From: the human T2T-CHM13v2.0 reference genome, Homo sapiens
Length of the DNA: 64,000 nucleotides
Assembly (NCBI RefSeq): GCF_009914755.1
Contig: NC_060925.1
Reading direction: 5' to 3' (one strand)
Under the pieces are notes generated by a model that saw only the letters and a program-made list of their open reading frames with translations, ran no database searches and had not been told where the DNA came from. The position numbers and the translations under genes were made by a program. Shown here one piece after another: positions 1 to 17,160 of the stretch; positions within the stretch are counted from its first letter, which is position 1; every line of letters begins with the position of its first letter.

Positions 1-350
1 GAAAATAATTGTTTATTGGTAGCATATGAATTCAGAGTCAAGGATGATGGTGATGGCAACCAACCACAGATTGTCCACATGGGTGACTGAGACAGTGACA
101 CCTTTGTTTTCTGATGGCTCAGTGTATACAGACTTTGTTTTATGCACAAAACTATTAAAAATATTGTATAAAATTGCTCTCAGGTATATGTATAAAGTGT
201 ATATGAAACATAAATAAATGTTATACTTAAACTTTGGTCCCATCCCCAAGAGGCTTCATTATGCATATAGAAATATTCCCAAATCAGAAAATATCTAAAA
301 TCTGAAACACTTCTGGCCTCGAACGTTTCAGATAAGAGATACTCAACTTG
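1..350. mobile_element. Tigger4/MER46 (Zombi)-type DNA transposon fragment
   Basis: Ends ...gataagagatactcaacttg-TA; clearly homologous to the copy at 34687-35343. Confidence 0.75.
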
Positions 351-744
351 TATGCATGCCTGTGTATATTCATATGTATATGTAAATGTGAGATATATAT
401 ATATATAAATCTTATATACTCCAAACCAGTGAGGTAGATATATGATGTATCTATAACAGTGTAAGAACGCAAGAGAAAAGAAATTAAGATAGCAGGTAAC
501 AGTGGACAAAAGTAGTACTTGATTCTTGAATATTTATTTTTCTGATAGGTAATTTTAACATGAAAGAAAAAATGCGACAAATGAATACACTTAAAGCACA
601 CTTGGACAAGGTAAGTTAAGATGCAAATTGTTTTTTTGTTTCATTATCTTTTGTACTAACTCTGTGGTTATTTAGAATTTTCTAATTGGAAAAGACCTAA
701 TGAGATGATTTTCAGGCTCTCTTTGATTTTTACTTAGCAGAAGT

Positions 745-913
745 GAAGACTTTCAATAATTTGTTGTCTTATTCTTCTTTTATTAAAATGTTCTTGATTC
801 TAATGACTGTGGTTCTAATTAGCTCTAGTTGAAGACTTTCAATAATTTGTTGTCTTATTCTTTTATTAAAATGTTCTTGATCCTTATGACTGTAGTGCTA
901 ATTAGCTCTAGTT
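745..913. repeat. Direct tandem duplication (86 bp + 83 bp)
   Basis: gaagactttcaataatttgttgtcttattc...attagctctagtt occurs at 745-830 and 831-913, with a 3-bp indel and a few substitutions. Confidence 0.92.
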
Positions 914-3900
914 CTGTTTCTTTTCTAATAAATAGTATTTTCTATAAAAAAGTAGTTGGACAAGTCAATGAAGATTTTCAACATTGTTGTTGTTAGGCAT
1001 TCTATAAAAGCATCTGACAGCAATATTCTTAAATTGAAACATTTGATGTGAAAATCTGACATGATTACTTCATAATAATGAATATGTAAAACCAAACATG
1101 ACTGAATATACTTAGTGTCAAATTTAACTATGAAATTTAGTTTTCAATAAAAATTTAAAAGTTATAACAACACAGTAACAACCAAGCATTATTACATTAA
1201 GGCAAAGTTGATTTATTCATTACAACAATAGTAGCTAATATATACTGAACTCTAATGGGGCACTTCACATATATTATTTCATTAACATTCTCACAGAACT
1301 TCATTAGCTCACTTTTATATTACTTACATTTTGCAGATGAGGTTTAGAGGAATAAAGTAAACTCTTAGGATCACAAACTAATAATAAGAGTTTTTTCTTA
1401 CCCATTTATACTATCTGTAGCTTCATGTATTAACCATACACAATTATCTGTTTTTCTTTAATTATCAAATATTTTAAACAATCCTGATTTTTATACTAAA
1501 TTATAAACCTAAATTCTTATACTAGATTATAATTGTTTTACTCATTTATTCAGTAAATATTAATTGAGCAGGTACAATGTGCAAGACCTTTTTTAAGGAT
1601 GAGGACAAAGACATATATAAGGAAGACATGTTCCAATGCCTTCATGAATCTTCCAGCCTCATATGTTTAACAAACACTGACTGACTGAATGGCTTACTAA
1701 TGAAAATGGGCCTGCCCATCATTCTCCTTCAAATTTCTATTTCTAGTGTTTGCTTGAAATCCACAAAAAAGCGGTTTTTAGAACTGTTCATAAACTAAAG
1801 ATATGAATTTAAATAAAGAACTAATGAAGTCACCTCTAAATAAATCAATCAGTAAGGATTCTTTTGATTGCAAGTGATAGGAAACTCAACAAAGTTGGAT
1901 GACAGAAAAAAAAAAAAAAGACACTGGCTATCATATGGGTAGAGTTATTCCCAGGACAGAAAGTGAACTTGACCAGAATAAATTTCCAGGCTCTACTCCC
2001 TTCAGAGACCCTGATCTTAGGCCATCTTCTCTCCTTTAGCAAAATGTCCTGCTACTTTCAAGATACTGGTCATTTCAAGTCCAGTGTTGAAGAGAGGATC
2101 TGTTTTGGCATTTTCACCACAGAAGCCCTGAAGTGTACTTTGATTGGATCAGCAGTCCTGCTCACTACCAGATCATGATTACTTCAAGCCAATATGAGTT
2201 TAGCCTTGAAATAGGGTGAGGTAACCCAGTTCAAACTTTGTGTTTGAGAAATGGTAAGATAGGGAGAAGTTCTACATACATAGGATAAGCTTTATTGCAT
2301 TACTTTTTTTTTTTTTACATTTATTTGCACTGCTCAGAGACTTTTGCCAATTATTTCTTTTTCTTGCTAGGTTGTATTTTATACAGGATAAGCTGCTAGT
2401 TTGTTTAATTTTAGGTAACTGTGGTGTTACTGAATAACTGTACTGACCAAAATCTTTTATTTAGCAAATATTGACTAGATGCTAGCCTTCTATTGGTTAA
2501 GTATGCCATAACCATTACCAAGAATAGTGTAAGATACTGTTTTTGTTCTTAAGGAATAGCTATTCTCTGACTTAATTAAATACAATAAATAATCTAGCTA
2601 AGATTATTTAAAACTTGCTATCCAAAAGTAGTTAAAACTTTTTAAATCTTGACAGAAGCAGAAGAAAGCTTTAAGTTTGTGGGGTGTTTTTTCATTATTT
2701 TCTGAATGTAGAAATAATTTAATGAGCCTTCGGTTAAAAAAAGTAAAGCAAAGATCCTAATTTGGGATTAAAAAATGTAAAAAGATGAAGAGTTACCTAT
2801 TTTGTATAATGTTGTGAATAATTTCTTTACTGTGAGAGAAGTTGCATTAATGTTGCTTGCTTCTTTTATAAGAATAGATCTTAGCTAAACTTAGATTAAG
2901 ACAATGTCTCCGAAAAGTATTCATTTTGCAGAGATAGGATATCTGTCTCCTTTGTCTGCCTATCCTTATTGAAAGAGTTACACACAGGAATAAATCAAAA
3001 CAAGATACTAGATAAAGGTGAGAAGGTAAAATTTGAGCTTAAGCAAATGGAGAGATTCTTTAGGAGCAGGACTGAGGTTGTTGGAACCCAACCTGGATTA
3101 TTCAGCTCTAATTCCCTCACAGGGTATTCTTCTACATTGGGAAATTTACCAGTGTAGAACGATACTGTGTCCTAGTGGGTACACCCTGTTGGATATTCCC
3201 TGATGGTGCTTTCTAGAACAAGACCTATTCATATTAATAGGAGTCAAGGTGTTTCCAAAGGGTGTTGGAACTCCAACTGTCAGTCATCTTGGAAGGGAGG
3301 AGATTCATGATGGAAAGTAAGGATTTGGAATTGAGACTTGAACATCTAGGAAAATAAACTTTCTCAAAGGCATTCCTTTTTAAATAAGAAGTGAATTCTA
3401 TAAGCAGAAACTAAAGAGAGAAGGGGCCAATAGGGTACCCATATAACACCAAAGAGGACTTAACTATAAACTCTGGGAGTATTCATCTCTAGTTTCAAGC
3501 TTTCTTCTTAAAAATATATTGAAACTTTCTTCTATTATTCCCCGTCTTTAATACATTATTGTTAAAGGCTGAGGTAACGGAGAGAGAAAATTAAGGAATG
3601 AACCTACATCCATATTTGAAACACGATTGCCACACCCATCAAAAAGTGGCAGAGGAGGGGAATGTAAAGCAAGAAAAGTAGGGAACTAAGATGGTAATCA
3701 GCAACCCATACAAATTTGTAGGACATACAAGCATTTGGGGGTAACTTGGTGACATTTGAAGTGAAGACCATTTTGCAGACTAAGCCTTCTGAAATCATAC
3801 AGAAGAGAAATTTAGATTACTTCTGAAGAAGTATAAACCCATAGGTAGATACAACAATATAATGTCACAGGAGGTACAGATACGTAGATGCACAGTGTTA

Positions 3901-4644
3901 GGCAGTGTCAGAATCCTACAAAACATGATTTGCAGAACAATGTATAATCACACAAAAAAGTTAACTAAACATTGCTAACCATTACAAACCAATATGAATG
4001 GTAATACTGAGTTCAATTTTTATAAATACATATTAATAATACAGGAAGAGAAAGGAGTAGAAGGAATTATACTAAGTTGTTAGAAGATTATCAATAGTTG
4101 TTAGGGTTACATTTTTTTCTTTTGTGAATCAGTATAGTTTCAACAATAACTACATATTATCTTTTGATAACAGTAATGTATAATTTCAACTAAGTTATAA
4201 TCATTATTTAAAAAGTGAGACAGTGACAAAATCTCAGAGATTTGTAGGATAGTATATAGTTGAAAAATGTACTTGGATAATGCCTTCTCATTATATTAGA
4301 TTATGTCATTAATATCTTCTCAAGTTGGATATAAAATAAATTTATGAGTCAGATTTGAAAGGGAAGTTGGAAATGGGGTAGGAAAAATAAAGAGGAAGTA
4401 GAAGTCAATGCAAGTCTCATACAAGTCTTCCGTAATACAGGAAATCACTGTCAATGAATGTTTACTTTTACATTGAATCAATTAACCTGAGAGAGACTAT
4501 CAGTATGTTTGAATCCCTACATTGCTAATGGTAGCATCTCAGCTATGTTTGGGTTGACTTGGAAAAAAATCAATGCCAGAATAAATTAATATTCATTTTA
4601 AGACATTCTTAAAAAGTAGAATAAAGTAACAGATAATCACTTAA

Positions 4645-6090
4645 AAATTTTTACTTTAAGTTCTGGGATACATGTCCAGAATGTGCAGGTTTGTTAACTA
4701 GGTATATACGTGCCATGGTGGTTTGCTGTACCTATCAACCTGTCATCTAGGTTTTAAACCCCACATGCATTAGGTATTTGTCCTAATGCTCTTCCTCCCT
4801 TGCCTCCCACCCCTCGACAGGCCCCAGTGTGTCATGTTCCCCTCCCTGTGTCCATGTGTTCTCATTGTTCAACTCCCACTTATGAGTGAGAACATGCAGT
4901 GTTTGGTTTTCTATACCTGTTAGTTTGCTGAGAATGATGGTTTTCAGCTTGAATCATGTTCCCACAAAGGACATGAACTCATTATTTTTTATGGCTACAT
5001 AGTATCCCATGGTGTATATGTGCCACATTTTCTTTATCCAGTCTATCATTGATGGGCATTTGGGTTGGTTCCAAGTCTTTGCTATTGTAAATAGTGCTGC
5101 AATAAGCATACATGTACATGTGTCCTTATAGTAGAATGATTTACAATCCTTGGGTTATATACCCAGCAATGGGATTGCTAGGTCAAATGGTATTTCTGGT
5201 TCTATATCCTTGAGGAATTGCCACACTGTCTTAATGATTGAACTAGTTTACACTCACAACAACAGTGTAAACGTGTTCCTATTTCTCCACATCGTCGCCA
5301 GCATCTGTTGTTTCCTGACTTTTTAATGATCACCATTCTAACTGGTGTGAGATGGTATCTCATTGTAGTTTTGATTTGCATTTCTCTAATGACCAGTGAT
5401 GATGAGTTTCTTTTCATAGTTTCTTGGCCACATAAATGTCTTCTTTTGAGAAGTGTCTGTTCATATCATTCACCCACTTTTTGATGGTTTTTTTTTTTTT
5501 TCTTGTAAATTTAAGTTCCTTGTAGATTCTAGATATTAGACTTTTGTTAGGTGGATAGATCGTGAAATTTTCTTCCCATTCTGTAGGTTGCCTGTTCACT
5601 CTGATTATAGTTTCTTTTGTTGTGCAGAAGCTCGTTAGTGTAATTAGATCCTATTTGTCAATTTTAGCTTTTGTTGCCATTGCTTTTGGTGTTTTAGTCA
5701 TGAAGTCTTTGCCCATGCCTATGTCCTGAATGGTATAGCCTAGGTTTTCCTCTAGGGCTTTTATGTTTTCAGGTTTTACCTTTAAGTCTTTAATCCAACT
5801 TGAGTTAATTTTTGTATAAGATGTAAAGAAGGGGTCCAGTTTCTGTTTTCTGCATATGGCTAGCCAGTTTTCCCAGCACCATTTATTAAACAGGGAATCC
5901 TTTCTCCATTGCTTGTTTTTGTCAGGTTTGCTGAAGATCAGATGGTTGTAGATGTGTGGTGTTATTTCTGAGGCCTCTGTTCTGTTCCATTGGTGTATAT
6001 ATCTATTTTGGTACCAGTACCATGCTGTTTTGGTAACTGTGGCCTTGTAACATAGTTTGAAGTCAGGTAGCATGATGCCTACAGCTTTGT
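4645..6090 (-). mobile_element. L1PA (about L1PA7-10) 3' segment: 3'UTR and ORF2 C-terminus
   Basis: L1 3'UTR sequence; minus-strand ORF2 remnants [18 protein letters not shown] and [16 protein letters not shown]. Confidence 0.93.
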
Positions 6091-6091
6091 A

Positions 6092-8665
<2,574 letters not shown>

Positions 8666-8691
8666 AGTCATTTTTCATAATAAGAAGACAT

Positions 8692-9044
8692 ACTAAAGTA
8701 TGAATGTTTGTATTCTGCCCAAAATTCTTATGTTGAAATCTTACCTCCCAAGGTGATAGATAATATTGGGAGATGTGGCCTTTGGTGTGGTGATTAAGTC
8801 ATGAGTGGATTAATGGTCTTATGAAAGAGGCCCTAGAGAGCTGCCTTGACCCTCCTACCATGTGATGACATAGTGAGAAGGCATCATCTTTGAATCAGGA
8901 AATGGTGGAACTCAGCAGACACTGAGTCTGCTTGTGCCTCAATCTTGGACTTCTAAGGCTCCAGAACTGTGAGAAATAAATTTCTGTTGTTTATTAGCTA
9001 CTAGTTCATGGTATTTTGTTATACCAGTCCAAATGGACTAAGAC
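8692..9044 (+). mobile_element. MLT1A-type MaLR solo LTR
   Basis: ...ccagaactgtgagaaataaatttctgttgttta...tggactaagaca end typical of MLT1A. Confidence 0.75.
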
Positions 9045-12000
9045 AAGAGGAAAAGAGGGAAAAAGTATTTTAGCAGTTGTAAGAAAAGTAACCACATTTC
9101 TTTCTTTTAACCTATAATATGACGCATCAAGGCACAGAAAAAAAGGATATCAAAAAATAGTTAATTTTTAGGTCTATTTTATTCAGTAGCTAACTTCCTA
9201 AAAGAAAATAATGATTCTTTCTAAATATTGCTGTACTAAAAACAATCAGCACCATATTAAAGGTACTATTATTTATATTTGTTTACATGCCCACAATTTT
9301 AATGTATTTTGGTAAATTTAACTTGCCAAAGCATATATATACATTTAACCAATTCTAAGAAATTTATATTTATGAAGATAATTGTAATAATTCAATAAGA
9401 TGATCATTTACAGATTGATTATCTAATTTGTAGGTTCCTTAACACTCTTTTTTGTTCCTTTACACCAGGAGCCTTTTGATAATTTTGCTAAACATAGGTG
9501 AAGCTGGACAGGTACAATAGCATTGAGCCTAACAGTTTCTTTTTCCAAGATGGTACATTGAGAGTTTAAAATAATCAAAAGGGACATATACTTCACATTG
9601 ATATAGGGTGGCTAGTAATCAGAAAAAAAGACAAAGTTCTTGCTCAAAAAGGGTAGCTTATGTCTTAGACAAAATCAAAACATATTTGGAACCAGCAGGT
9701 AAAAGGTATGATTTTGAAAGACTTGGGAAACATCTGTTGATAAAGAATACATTAAGAGACCTTTTTAAACATTGCTTTTTAAATAGAAACGTGTGAATAT
9801 ACTAACAAAGGGTCAATGGCATGACAGTAATGCTAAAATGCATCACTATACAAAAGAGCTCCCCAGGAAGGTAGAGTACCTAATGAAATGAAAAAAAGAA
9901 TAAAATATGGAAAATTATTATTGATAAGTAAATGTTTATCATCCTACCAGTCTACAAAAACACATACATGACATTTTCCCCTATTTAGGGCTACTCTTCA
10001 GTTTCTGGTCTTAAAACATTTTGCCTTGGCTGGGACAAACTTGCCATCTAGTGACAATGACTGGTAATTACAGAATATGAAAATAGGCCCAGTGCACTCA
10101 AACATACATGCATGCATGATCTCAAAACTGAAACCAGCTTTTTATAAAAAAGTTCAAAGAATATTTATAGAGTACACATTACAAACTGTGGCTTGAAGAT
10201 AAAGTGATGGATAAAAATTAATATGGCTCCCAAAAGTTGAACGAAGAAGACAGATATTATTCAAATAATCACCAATTAAATGTTAAAATAACAAATATAA
10301 CAACTTCTACAGCACTCTGTGCCACATTAATTAATGTAATACTCATAAGCCTATGAGATATACATATCATTATCTCTATTATATATTTGAACATTGAAAA
10401 AGACAGATTAAGTAACTTCTCCTAGGTCACATAACAGAGCAGGTATATAAATCTCAGATATTTTGCCTCTCAAGTCTATGATTTAGCCACTTCTGAATAT
10501 AAAACTAAAAGTGTAATAGTGTGGCAAACACAAGCAAGGTAAATACATGATTGGAAAACTTTCATTCATTCATTTATTCATCTGTTTATTCACTCATTCA
10601 ACAACTACTTATTGCATACCTATAACGTGCCAGGTACTACTTTTGGCAGGTGAACAAAGTAGCAAACATGACAAAAACTCTTACCTCATAGAGCTTCTAA
10701 CAAACAAATGCACGTGCACACACACACACACATTAGTATATATTTTGGGGCTGTTATTTTACAAGAAATTAATAAGGCAAGGTTAAGTTATTAGTGTTGG
10801 TTAGGTGAGGAGAAATGCTATTTCCAGAGATGGCATGAAAGTCCTCTCTGAGGAAAGCACATCTGAATAAAAACTGAGTAAACATGAGGGATATGAGCAT
10901 CTGGAAGAGGAATGTTAGAGAGATAAAGGACATTTGAAAAGATTCGGTTTTTTATTTTATACCCCCACTCCCACTGCTGCAAGAATGACTAATGGGGGGT
11001 GCTCATGAAGCAGAGAAGTAGGACATAAGATGATAGAAGTACCAAGAAGGGCTTTATATGACAAGAGAAAGACTGTAGGTCTTATTCCAACTGTGATGGG
11101 AAGCCAATAAAAGGTTGCAAACAGGAAAGTAATCTGATGTAATTTATGTTTTTAAAAATCACATGAGTTAGTGTGAGGAAAATACACTGTAGAGTGCCTA
11201 GAATAGAAGCGAGGAAACTAATCAAGAGGCTATTGGAACATTCCAGGTAAGAGAAAATGATGAAGACATATGATGAAATCTAAAAGTCAACCAAATCACA
11301 TTTTCCAATAATTATAATAAAAGGGAAATTGTATGTGTCATAACAAGCCAAAGAGTTTTCTGAAAATCAAATGAAAGGTCACATTTAGATGAGAATCAAG
11401 AAAATCATTAGGGGTGTGGCCTATGCAGCATATTTGAGTATAGAAAGACAAAAATATGTGGGTGTCTTTAAGAAAGTATAGTTTAGCTTCCATGTAGCAT
11501 AAGGTGAATGTAAGGGTGAAACATAAAGAGTCAACTAAATGGAGGGACTTAAAGGATTCCGGAGATAAAAATTAGGCTCTGCTTTATTTTATTTCTTTTC
11601 TCTACTTTCTTAAGCAGCTTTCAGCCCTATAACAACTCAGTTACATACTGGTTTTCATCTACTGTGATATATGTCTTTTTAATACCTTTGAGAGTGTTGG
11701 GCACAGAAAATGTTATTCAGGCATGACTAATAAATTGCTCAAAGACCACCAGACTATGACACATCTATGGTCTGACAAAGGTAAGTTTATCATTTTGCAG
11801 CAGTAAAAAAAGACTACACAATTGATGGGGCATTTTGCCAAAACAGATGAAGGAAGAGCCAGCATTCTGATTCATTTAAGAGTAAGGTGGGGTTTAAATA
11901 AAATTTAAATGAACAGTTCTTTGATAGGCTGAAAGAATAGCCTGGCTGTATTAGCATAAAGCCTGGACTAAGAAGTGGGTATAGGGTTCTGTTTCCTTGA

Positions 12001-13585
12001 AATCTACAAAGTTAAGATGACTGTGGAATCTTGTATCTGAAAAACATTATCTGAAGCTTTGCACCTGGGTGGAAAATTGAGGCTGCTTCTCTGTGTCAAA
12101 GTACCCACATAGCTTAGCTCTTCAGGCAATAGTGGGGTGTTCCTGTCTCACTAACATAATTTCAAAAAGCAAAATTTCTGACAGTTTGTAATTTTTACAG
12201 AACAAAGTTTTTCAATGCTGTCACTGGAGTTAATTGACAAAAGAAATCATTTCATACTTTTACACCACTATAGCTTTTAGTATATTTTATTAAAGTTTAA
12301 TTTTAATACCTTGGTTTTGATATGAGTCAGGAGCATCCCTCTCTTGTGACTGAATAAGGGGGAGATCAGAGGTACTTAGAGAGTTAAGTGAGGGAAAAAT
12401 TGTCATTTTGTTCAGGCCACTTGTAAGTTAGTCCTAAGAAGTTTGAGATTTCCTGGAAAATAATTGACATCTAGACCAGCAAATCACTGTAGGTGGTAGC
12501 TGGACTCTATGTGTATAGGGCCATACCCAAGAGGTTTATCTGTTGGGGTGAATGACTCAGAGGGGTTAGAGGCAGGAACTGAAGAAGAATCGTAAGAGGT
12601 CAACCAGCAAGTATATTACTGATATCATGAGACTATATGGCATAAATGCTGCAGGGCCCTCAAAAGGACAACTAAGGTGACCCATATATTTGGTTGCCTG
12701 CCTTGATAGGACATCAACAGCAAAGAGAGAACTACTTTTCCCAGTGGATTCTAAAGCAGAAAGAAAAAGAGATGAAGAAAATGAAAGAAAAGACTACGTC
12801 ACCTTCCCCACCATAGGTTCCCTGAGCTTAGAGAAGGGTGTATATTTAGAAGTGAGATTAGTATTAAAAACTGAACTGAAAGTGAATCTTAATTATAAAT
12901 AATAGATTGTTTTTAAAATCAAAATAAATAGGAATGCTAAGGGTGACTGCAGAGAAGGGAGATCCAATAAAGCATGTTGAAATTGTAAAATAGTTTGTTT
13001 TGTTTTCTGATTTTCTTTTGGTAGCCCCATTAGGTCCAGCTAATTCAACCTTTCAGCATCTGTATGTAGATGCTTTTATTTCTATAAGATAGATTTGAAA
13101 AGCAGAATTACTGGATCAAAAAGTATGGTAACATTTATCCAAATAAATATGAAGATTTACTTTTCTAAATGCCTGTGACAAACATTTGCCCTCATGCACA
13201 CACCTACATTAAATTTTATAGCTATGTATAATGTTTTCCAGTTTGAGAACTGAGAATTGGTATATTCTTGTGGGGTCTAATTGGCATTCCCATTACCAAT
13301 AGTAAGGTTAAACACCTTTCCATATGTTAATGGGCCATTCAGGTTTCCTTTTTGTAAAATCACCTGTTTATATTCTTTAAACACATTTTTCTATTAATTT
13401 GTCTTTCTTTTTCCAATTTTTTGGTACCAGCTGTATTTTCTGACGTTTTTACGTAAGAGAAGATAATCTAGCATTGTCACATTACAGAAAAACAACTACT
13501 TATGACAGTACCATTTATCAGGTGAAACATTTTCTCTAGGCATCTTCTGAAATGTTTAGTACATTTTAATTTTTTGATTGACTAA

Positions 13586-13942
13586 TGTATTAGTCTGTTT
13601 TCATGCTGCTGATAAAGACATACCTGATACTGGGAAGAAAAAGAGGTTTAATGGACTTACAGTTCCACATAGCTGGGGAGGCTCCACAATCATAGTGGAA
13701 AGCAAGGAGCAGGTCACATCTTACATGAATAGCAGTAGCCAAAGCGAGAGTGCTAGTGCAGGGAAACTTTTTTAAAAACCATCAGATCTCATGAGACTTA
13801 TTCACTATCACAAGAACAGCATGGGAAAGACTCGCCTCCATGATTCCTTTACCTCCCACCGGGTTCCTCTCACAAAATGTGGGAATTGTGGGAGTTACAA
13901 TTCAAGATGAGATTTGGGTGAGGACACAGACAAACCATATCA
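13586..13942 (-). mobile_element. THE1 (THE1B-like) solo LTR
   Basis: tgtattagtctgttttcatgctgctgataaagac...aaaccatatca, flanked by a perfect 5-bp TSD ACTAA. Confidence 0.92.
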
Positions 13943-14889
13943 ACTAATACTTAAATGTATAGGTTTATATTAAGAAAAATAGCCTTCCAGGTTGCATACA
14001 TTAAAAAAAATGTGCCATCCAAATGGATTCCAAATTGTAAATGGAGTTAAGAAAGTATTTTAGAACAGGAATATTTTTCGGGTGCTATTTCCCTATCTTC
14101 TCTAGATTCCATCCCAGAACAGAAGACATAAGCAAGCTATACCCCATAAGAAAAGGCTAATTACCCCTGCAATAGCCAAAAGTTCACATAAATCCTGCCT
14201 CTGTTCATTTGTTATTTAAAGGCAGAGACTAAGTCTACAAATAACTATGTGTGAGATCCACACATAATCTAATCTATCAATAAATAACAAAAATAATATT
14301 GACATTTTAACTTTCTGATCATTTTGCATAGAAATCTTTAGACAGGTTTCCTAAAGTCATCATGCAAACCACTGAATATGTAATCCCTGGTTGTCAGCAG
14401 TGTTTTTTATTTTCTTGATAATAACATTAATTTATTCACTGATAAATGTTTTAAAACATATGTCAAATATTCACTAATATATATTTTAACATTCAATGAT
14501 CATTAATCTATTTGTAAGGTACTATGTTAATGCTTGGAAGATATACAGACGAATATAGAAATTCCTGTCTTCAAGGAGCTTATTAGTAATAATGAAATTA
14601 TGTACATAATTATTTATAATAAAATATATTTATGATAATTTTATAACAGAGGTGAAAAGTTCTACAATAACAAATGGGATGAAGACATGAATTCTACCTT
14701 GGGAAAAAAGAAAAGACTTTGATGATGTTTGTTTTAAGTTACTAAGTAATTGGATGGCTTATTACACAGTGACAACCAAAACACTGAAAAATCTAGTGTT
14801 CAGGTTTTTTGTTGTTGTTGTTGTTATTGTTGTTTTTGTTTCTTTGCAGTATGGGAAGAGAATAGAGGAGGCAGAGATGGTGTTGACTG

Positions 14890-17160
14890 ACAATGAAGAA
14901 TTTAATGAGAAAGTCATATGTAAGCATCTGAAGAAAGTCAGGGAGCTAAGCATGCAGATATCTGTAGGAACAGCATCCCTGAAAGAGAGAATGGTAAAGG
15001 CAAAGGTCTTAGTTATGGGTCTGAAGTGTTCAAGCACAGCCAGAAGGTCAGTGTATTTATAGCAGAGGGAAAGAAGAGGGGAAGAATAGATGAAGTCATA
15101 AAAATAATATACTGGAGGAGTTAGATCATGTAAATTCTCACAGATCAAAATAACTTCAGCATTTACTCTAAGTGAGGGGGAAAGCTACTGCAGAGTTTTG
15201 AAGATTTAACAGAATCACTCTAGCTGCTGTGATAAAAATATATTGAAGAAGCAATATATTTTTAATCATGTTAAAATGGACTTTTCATGGTAAAAACTAG
15301 TCCTAAGCTATCAATACCTTTAAGAGAAAAAAGTTATTTACTACTTATGCAAAGTTTGGTGGGAGGGAAGTTATTCTGTAGGGGAGCTGTCATTGATGTG
15401 GTGAGTTGGTACTCTAGGCTATGTTTAGCTTGAGGTTCTATCACCTCAATATGTGGCCTACATGATCACTGTTTTCATACCCAATCTTCCATGCAATACT
15501 CTGGAATTGACACATGTTGCTTTCATTAACACCCCATCTACCAAAATGAATCACATAGTCCCAACTAACAACAAGAGAGTTGGGAAATGGAAAGGAATAT
15601 ATGAAATAATTGTTGAGTCTTACTGTGTCGTCCAGACAGAAAGGGCAAAAGTAGGAGACTAGCCATGAGGCTATGACAATATTCCAGATAGATCATGGCT
15701 GCTTGGACAAGGATGGTAGAAACAGTGGGAACAGTGAAAAATAGTCAAATTTTGAATATAATTTGAAGGTAAGATAAAGGGAATTTGCTGAATGTCAAGG
15801 CATGAGATATAAAAGATATAAAGGAGTCACAGGTAACTGAGATGGGAAAAACTGAAAGAAAAGTTTTGAATACTATCAAGAGCTCAGTTTTAGGCCTGTT
15901 AGTTTTGAGATGCTTATTACACAACATTGAGAAAATGTCAAGTAAGCAGTTCAATATATGGATTGGGAGTTTAGAGAAGAGGTTCAGGCTGAAGATATGA
16001 TTTGGTAGTCATCAATGTGTGGTTCTTAAAGCCATAAAACTGAATGAGATGACTTGTCCAGTACAAGTAGGGCAAAATGAGAAAAGATTGAGCATGGGAA
16101 ACTCCAGCCTTTGGAGGTCAAGGAGATGAAGAGCAATCAGCAAAAGAAACAAAGAGAGTGATCAGAATGATAGGAGAAAAACTTGGCAAGTTTGGTGTTC
16201 AGCAAGCCAAATGAAGGGAGTTTGGTTTATTGGTTGTTTGTAGGGTGTTTTTTGTTTGACTGTTTTTAGAGCAGAGTAAACAACTGTGTTTGGTGAGCAA
16301 TGCTTATAGATCAAGTAGGATAAGATCTAAGAAATTACCACTGGATTTAGCAATGTGTAGAGGTCACTGATGACCTCGAGAAGGGCAATTTCAGAAAAAC
16401 AATTGGGATACAAATCTGATTGGAATATTCTAAACAGAATATGGGAGAAGAAAATTGGAGACAACAAATATAAACCACCATTTCCAAGAGTTCTGCTATT
16501 AACAGAAAGAAATGGAATGGTAGCCAAAGAGGAAAGTGGAAAGAAGAGAGTTTTTAAAAATTATTTTATTTGCTTTTGGCTTTTTTAAACAAAAGGGTAA
16601 ATAATTGCATTTGTATACACTGATGAGAAAGGCTCAGTAAAGTACATGAGAAGGCAGGAGATTTACTTCCCGAGAGAGGTTAGCTTAACCAAGACTCACA
16701 GATACAGTTAGGATTAATAGGTATGGGAATCCTCTATAACTTGGTTCACTTTTTTTCCCCAAATGAGATTAAGAAGCAAGGTCACCATCTAAGAATGAAA
16801 GTGGGAAGGATTCAAGGTGACAGGAAATAGGAGAAAGCATGGAGTCAAAGATTTACTAGAGTAAGGCAATGAGAGAAAGTGAGATCGAACAGTAGGAGAA
16901 GTGGTGTGTTTTGGAAACCAAGGGAAGATAGCGTCTCAACGAAGAAGTGGTCAAGTATGCCAAGCATTGCTGAGAAGCTAAAATGAGAACTGAAAAGGCC
17001 TATTAGATTTAGTAACTGGGAGGTAACTAGTGACCCTAAGAAGAACTACCTTGTGGACTGATGGGATCAGAAGTCAGGAGCACACTTTGGAGTGAATGGG
17101 AGATGAAGAAATAAGAATAATTATGTCTCTCTCTTTAGAAGCTTGGCTATGAAGGGTGAG
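14890..17160 (+). mobile_element. Degraded L2 (LINE-2) fragments with an inserted MLT-like piece
   Basis: Purine-rich L2-like motifs (agaatcactctagctgctgtg, gagctcagttttaggcctgttagttttgagatgc, ggatttagcaatg...gaggtcactgatgacct); boundaries approximate. Confidence 0.55.

Noticed and set aside
11690-13000. Possible old LTR/ERV-like sequence
   Set aside because: Family and boundaries could not be assigned by eye; needs RepeatMasker.
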